Shown here one piece after another: positions 59,551-64,000 of a stretch of 64,000 nt of DNA. The stretch spans positions 22,904 to 86,903 of IMG/VR virus record IMGVR_UViG_3300033144_003744; one strand, 5' to 3'. The first letter of the stretch is position 1. Each line of letters opens with the position of its first letter. The notes under the pieces were generated by a model. That model worked only from the letters and a program-made list of their open reading frames with translations. It was not told the origin of the DNA and searched no databases. This stretch comes from a virus. The translations under genes and the position numbers were made by a program.

Positions 59551-61314
59551 ATGAAAAAATATATTAGAATAGATGTAGATGAGGATACCTGGGCATCCCC
59601 CACTACTATTCATGATTCTGATACCATTTCAAAAGTAATTGAACTTAATTACCCAAGAAATTATGGAGAATCTGTATCTAAGATTACATTTAAAATAGTA
59701 TCTAGTACAAATGATGCAGAATTAGTTGCTGGAAGGCAAATAAGAATCTGGCATAAAGATACATTATCTGTAGGCAATGCAGATGGTGACAGAATTTTTA
59801 AGGGATATATAGAAGAAGTTGTATACGAAGGTAAAATTATAACTGTTAACGCAACAGATTATATTATTAAGGCACAGTGGACAAGAGGTACAACTTCATT
59901 AGATTATGAAACTCAAACATCTATTAAAACTATATTTTCTGCGTTATGTACAGCCGCAGGTTTAAGTGCATCTAATAGTGCAACGGCTACAAGCCCTATT
60001 AATTTAGAAAAATTTTATTCAAATAATATAAATTTATTTGATAGAATGATGTATTTGGCAAATATCACTGGATGGTATTTTTATTATGATCCAACTACTA
60101 CCAATACAGTTAAGTTTCAACCTAAATCTGAATTAGCTCTTCAACAATTTGTTGTAGGAACAAATTTATTGGGATTACCAAAATGGAACAATGATCCCAA
60201 AGATCTATTAAATGATATTACAGTAATTGGTGGCAATAATAAAGTTGAAGGAACATGGAGTGATACGCCAGACGGGGGTAGTTGGTATCCACTTACTGAT
60301 TTAGTTCCTCGTAAAAGTGGAACTTCTATTCCTAATGGTGCAGTTACAGGATCAGGTACGACTGTAGGAGCAGCGCCGAAGACTTCTTGGACTTATCCCG
60401 GAGAATATGTAATAACCAAAGATGCAACCTGGGATGGTATCTGGTTTTATAATGGGTTTGAGCCAGATAATGGTGTTGGTACACTTTCGATAGATTTTTC
60501 ATATCAAAGTGATTCTGATTCTGATAATGTTGTAAATGCAGGAAGTGAAACTACTTATCAAACAAGGCAAAAGGCTATTACAAAAAGAGATATTGTAGAT
60601 TCTACAGATTTAACAAGTTATGCAACAAATATGGTTTCTGATAATTTCTGGGGAAAGCCAATTGATAATGTAGTACTACAAGTAAATACAAAAATAATTA
60701 CTCCAATATTAGGCTCAAAAGCTGACGTAACAGATTCTATATCTGGTAGATCAATTACGTATACTTCTAATAATAGTATAGTTACATCAATTATTGAATC
60801 ATGGCCAGCAGTGGGAACAAAAGTTGTAGTATCTACTAAACCTGTAAAAAATCCATTATTACTTACTAATGTTCAAGATACAGTAGATAAATTTGTTATT
60901 GAATGGAATAAAATTGAACAATCTAAAATAATGCGTACAGATGGTGCTACACCATTTCAGGATGATATTGATTTTGGATGGAGTGAAGCTAATAATTTTG
61001 TTATTCAAAAAGTAGCTGATGCAACTACTAGAGGTAATATTGAACCACATGAAGGTCAAATGGTTTATCAACAAGATAACGATACTGTGTATGTATATGA
61101 TGGCGCTGCTTGGGATGTAGTTGGAGGAGCAGTGGGGGGAGATCATAGTACATTAACTAATCTCACATGGTCTACAGCTGGTCACGCAATTAATGCCAAT
61201 ATAGATATGAATAATAATAACATAACAGAAGCTAATGAAATTCAAGCAACAGCAAGCCAGAATTTAACACTGAAAGTTTCAACTGGAAGTAGCATTGTCT
61301 TCCAGGCGGTATAA
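59551..61314 (+). CDS. baseplate hub/tail tip protein
   Basis: RIFKGYI, LA..TGW.FY.D, NDITVIG. Confidence 0.65.
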   Translation: MKKYIRIDVDEDTWASPTTIHDSDTISKVIELNYPRNYGESVSKITFKIVSSTNDAELVAGRQIRIWHKDTLSVGNADGDRIFKGYIEEVVYEGKIITVNATDYIIKAQWTRGTTSLDYETQTSIKTIFSALCTAAGLSASNSATATSPINLEKFYSNNINLFDRMMYLANITGWYFYYDPTTTNTVKFQPKSELALQQFVVGTNLLGLPKWNNDPKDLLNDITVIGGNNKVEGTWSDTPDGGSWYPLTDLVPRKSGTSIPNGAVTGSGTTVGAAPKTSWTYPGEYVITKDATWDGIWFYNGFEPDNGVGTLSIDFSYQSDSDSDNVVNAGSETTYQTRQKAITKRDIVDSTDLTSYATNMVSDNFWGKPIDNVVLQVNTKIITPILGSKADVTDSISGRSITYTSNNSIVTSIIESWPAVGTKVVVSTKPVKNPLLLTNVQDTVDKFVIEWNKIEQSKIMRTDGATPFQDDIDFGWSEANNFVIQKVADATTRGNIEPHEGQMVYQQDNDTVYVYDGAAWDVVGGAVGGDHSTLTNLTWSTAGHAINANIDMNNNNITEANEIQATASQNLTLKVSTGSSIVFQAV

Positions 61315-62385
61315 ATGGCTACTATTACAATTGTTGGGTCAAAAGATGCACATGTGCGTGAAAATACCCCAGATACAAATTATGATTCTATTTATTTATA
61401 TATACAAAAGGATACCGCCTCTGGGTGGATTAGGAGATCCTTTATAGAATTTGATTTATCCACATTACTTGATGTACCACTAGAATTCATAAACACAGTT
61501 ATACTACAAATAAGAGTGTTAGATGTTTCAGATCCAATAACAATTGACCTTCAAAGAATAGATAACGATACTTGGACTGAAACGGGTGTTACATGGAATA
61601 ATCAACCAACGACTACAGATTATAATATAGAAGAAGATTACGATACTGCGGGCACAACTATACAAACATCTATGAAACAAATGCTATTGGATGCCATCAT
61701 AGATGGGCATTCATATCTTGGGATATCATTAAAACTTCTTGATGAAGCTACTGTCGGATTACATTATTCAGAACTTGCTTCGAGCGAATATGCTACCACA
61801 TCATATAGACCCCAATTGATTATAACATATGATACATATTCTCAAACGTTGTTATATGGGAGTATTTGTAAAAACTTATTGATGAAAAGTGGTTGGGGTG
61901 AAGTGACTATGACCGATCATAATTGTCCGTCCACTTGTGACGCAGCAACATTTACGTTCAAAACTGCTTGGGGATCTACATATACTACAGTTTTATTAGA
62001 TGTTGGGGACACCCAACAATACGATAGTGGTACCATGCATCATAGTTTTAAACTTTATTCAATGACCGATGATTCTGCACCATGTGATCACTTAGCAGCA
62101 GCTACAATAGAAGAAAAATATTGGGAAGATGATTGTTATGTTAAAACAACTGGTGACAATGATAAAAACGGCACTGATTGGACCGAAGCGTGGTCAACAG
62201 TAGACCAAGCCGCAAACGAAGCATTTGATGGTCAGGAAGTGCATATAGGATTTGGGACTTACAATTCTGAACCTGCAAGTAATGATATTACACCAGTCAA
62301 TTTTGGAACGACAGGAATAAAATATACTCCCGAAACCGCAGGAACCGGTGGTGGAACGGGAATAGTTACAGTTGAGAGGAATTAA
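61315..62385 (+). CDS. DNRLRE-like domain adhesin/tail protein
   Basis: DAHVRE..PDTNY, RSFIEFDL, WTETGVTWNNQP, SSE..RPQLIITY. Confidence 0.75.
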   Translation: MATITIVGSKDAHVRENTPDTNYDSIYLYIQKDTASGWIRRSFIEFDLSTLLDVPLEFINTVILQIRVLDVSDPITIDLQRIDNDTWTETGVTWNNQPTTTDYNIEEDYDTAGTTIQTSMKQMLLDAIIDGHSYLGISLKLLDEATVGLHYSELASSEYATTSYRPQLIITYDTYSQTLLYGSICKNLLMKSGWGEVTMTDHNCPSTCDAATFTFKTAWGSTYTTVLLDVGDTQQYDSGTMHHSFKLYSMTDDSAPCDHLAAATIEEKYWEDDCYVKTTGDNDKNGTDWTEAWSTVDQAANEAFDGQEVHIGFGTYNSEPASNDITPVNFGTTGIKYTPETAGTGGGTGIVTVERN

Positions 62386-62386
62386 C

Positions 62387-63025
62387 ATGATATATTGTGC
62401 TTCAGATTTACATATTGGTTATGAAAATACCAGATATGATAAAATAAATGAATTTCTTGATATAGTATATCAAGATGCAGATAAATTAATATTAATTGGC
62501 GATACTTTTGATTTATGGAGATCTAATTGGTCACAGATATTTAATGAACATGAAAGTATTATATTAAAATTAACAAAAATATCAAATAAAATTCCAGTGG
62601 TTATTATTTGTGGCAATCATGATTATAATTTTAATAAAAAATTCTTAAAAAATTTAACTCATAATATTAAAATAGTGAATAAATTAGAAAATAAAAAATA
62701 CATCTTTATACATGGATGGCAATTTGATGTTCAGCAAAGAATAGGTAGTATTTTTTATAAACAAATAATCAATTATTTTCCAATACTATATCAATTATTT
62801 TTTAGAAAACCATCACAAATATTTAAAAAAAATGATGGTGAATCTGAACAAACGATTAAAATACATAATGAGGCTAAACAATTTTCAATAAAAAAGAACA
62901 AACTTATTGTTATGGGACATACTCATATTCCAATAATATCTGACAATGTAATAGATTGTGGAGATTTTGTAGATTCCTGTAGTTATATCACAATGGGAGA
63001 TGTGCCCAAAATACATTATTTATAA
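62387..63025 (+). CDS. calcineurin-like metallophosphoesterase (LpxH-like)
   Basis: SDLH, GD.FD, GNHD, HG, GHTH. Confidence 0.88.
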   Translation: MIYCASDLHIGYENTRYDKINEFLDIVYQDADKLILIGDTFDLWRSNWSQIFNEHESIILKLTKISNKIPVVIICGNHDYNFNKKFLKNLTHNIKIVNKLENKKYIFIHGWQFDVQQRIGSIFYKQIINYFPILYQLFFRKPSQIFKKNDGESEQTIKIHNEAKQFSIKKNKLIVMGHTHIPIISDNVIDCGDFVDSCSYITMGDVPKIHYL

Positions 63026-63107
63026 TTAAATAGCGAATAAATCCCTCAAGGCATATGGTTTTCTCCCCAATTACCATATGTCTATATTTTTATTTTGGTG
63101 GTAAAAA

Positions 63108-63965
63108 ATGATTGAAATGTACGGATATGATAATGGATTACAAAAAACAATTAACACACAATCATATGACAAAATGCTTATTTTTGTACATAACCCAATG
63201 CAATTAGAATATGATTTGTTATGTACTGAGTTTAATATTGATGAAATTTTAATTGATAAATTAAAAAATGATGCAATAGAAGTTTATTCTGATGATAAAT
63301 ATGCACTTGCTAAATTTAAAATATTTACTCATAGAGATGATATTTCCTTTATATATAATGCAAATGCTATTTTTAATAACAAAACAATTATTATAATATC
63401 TGATAAAGAAATAAATAATTTATATGATATAATTAAAGAAAATGAACCATTTGAAAAATATATTTTTTTAATTTGTGATTCATTTATTGATTCTTATATT
63501 GTTTTTTTAAACAGAATGAACATACAAATTTTAAATAATGAAAATAATGTTAATGAATTATTAAATATATATAAACAGTTGCTAGAGTTAAAAAAATTTA
63601 TTCTCTTAGAAAGAGAAATTTTTGACTTTTTAATTGATAGTACTGAATTATATGATGGTAAATTAAAACCGTTTTTAATTAATTCTGTTGATAAATTTAT
63701 TAGTTTGACCGATATAGTCGATATAGAAATAGAATATTTAAAAATATCTAAGGACAAATATACATTTGATCAGGCTGCTGATCTAGATAGAATTATGAAA
63801 AGATTGACTTCTTTAACTGCTTTGTTTTCATTACCAATGTTAATTACTGGAATATATGGAATGAACTTTAATACTGCCGGATATGAATTTTATTGTGTTA
63901 TTGGATTCATTTTATTAACGTTTTCTATGTTAGCTTATTATTTTAAAAGGAACAAATGGATTTAA
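63108..63965 (+). CDS. corA: CorA-family Mg2+/Co2+ transporter
   Basis: DRIMKRLT..F.LP.LITGIYGMNF plus second TM ending YFKRNKWI. Confidence 0.88.
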   Translation: MIEMYGYDNGLQKTINTQSYDKMLIFVHNPMQLEYDLLCTEFNIDEILIDKLKNDAIEVYSDDKYALAKFKIFTHRDDISFIYNANAIFNNKTIIIISDKEINNLYDIIKENEPFEKYIFLICDSFIDSYIVFLNRMNIQILNNENNVNELLNIYKQLLELKKFILLEREIFDFLIDSTELYDGKLKPFLINSVDKFISLTDIVDIEIEYLKISKDKYTFDQAADLDRIMKRLTSLTALFSLPMLITGIYGMNFNTAGYEFYCVIGFILLTFSMLAYYFKRNKWI

Positions 63966-64000
63966 CCAATTAAATCCAAATGCATTTGTTCAACTTCCAG

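Noticed and set aside
1-64000. Stop-codon reassignment or pyrrolysine readthrough
   Set aside because: Core genes translate full length with the standard code, and TAG, TGA and TAA all end genes at sensible boundaries.

Overview
AT-rich segment of a tailed dsDNA virus (Caudoviricetes, siphovirus-like). The host is most likely an archaeon, probably a methanogen or ANME-type Methanomicrobia; this is inferred from TATA-box promoters, GGTGA/GGAG ribosome-binding sites, a TFIIB-type Zn ribbon, an archaeal-type ATP-dependent ligase and a C1A peptidase-lectin protein. Bases 1-24.5 kb are mostly leftward early/middle genes: many microproteins, a ubiquitin-like conjugation operon (Ubl, E2-like, E1/ThiF, JAB), DNA ligase, DUF262, LPD29, SprT, GP88, and a rightward RHH-HNH-helicase module. 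Bases 24.5-25.3 kb are a non-coding strand-switch region with a type III hammerhead ribozyme. Bases 25.3-31.5 kb are rightward small genes, an RlaP-like nucleotidyltransferase, YopX and a bacterial-type (class II) CCA-adding enzyme. Bases 31.7-62.4 kb are the virion module: terminase, portal, an 11-kb insert of fibre/adhesin/protease genes, protease-scaffold, MCP, neck, tail with a -1 frameshift and a short TMP. A metallophosphoesterase and a CorA-family Mg2+ channel follow. About ten homing-endonuclease-type genes are scattered through the window. Best candidates for novelty: the viral Ubl-E2-E1-JAB operon, whose Ubl lacks a C-terminal glycine, and a set of RNA elements (hammerhead, two tRNA-like minihelices, pseudoknot leaders). 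All calls come from reading motifs by eye; no searches were run.
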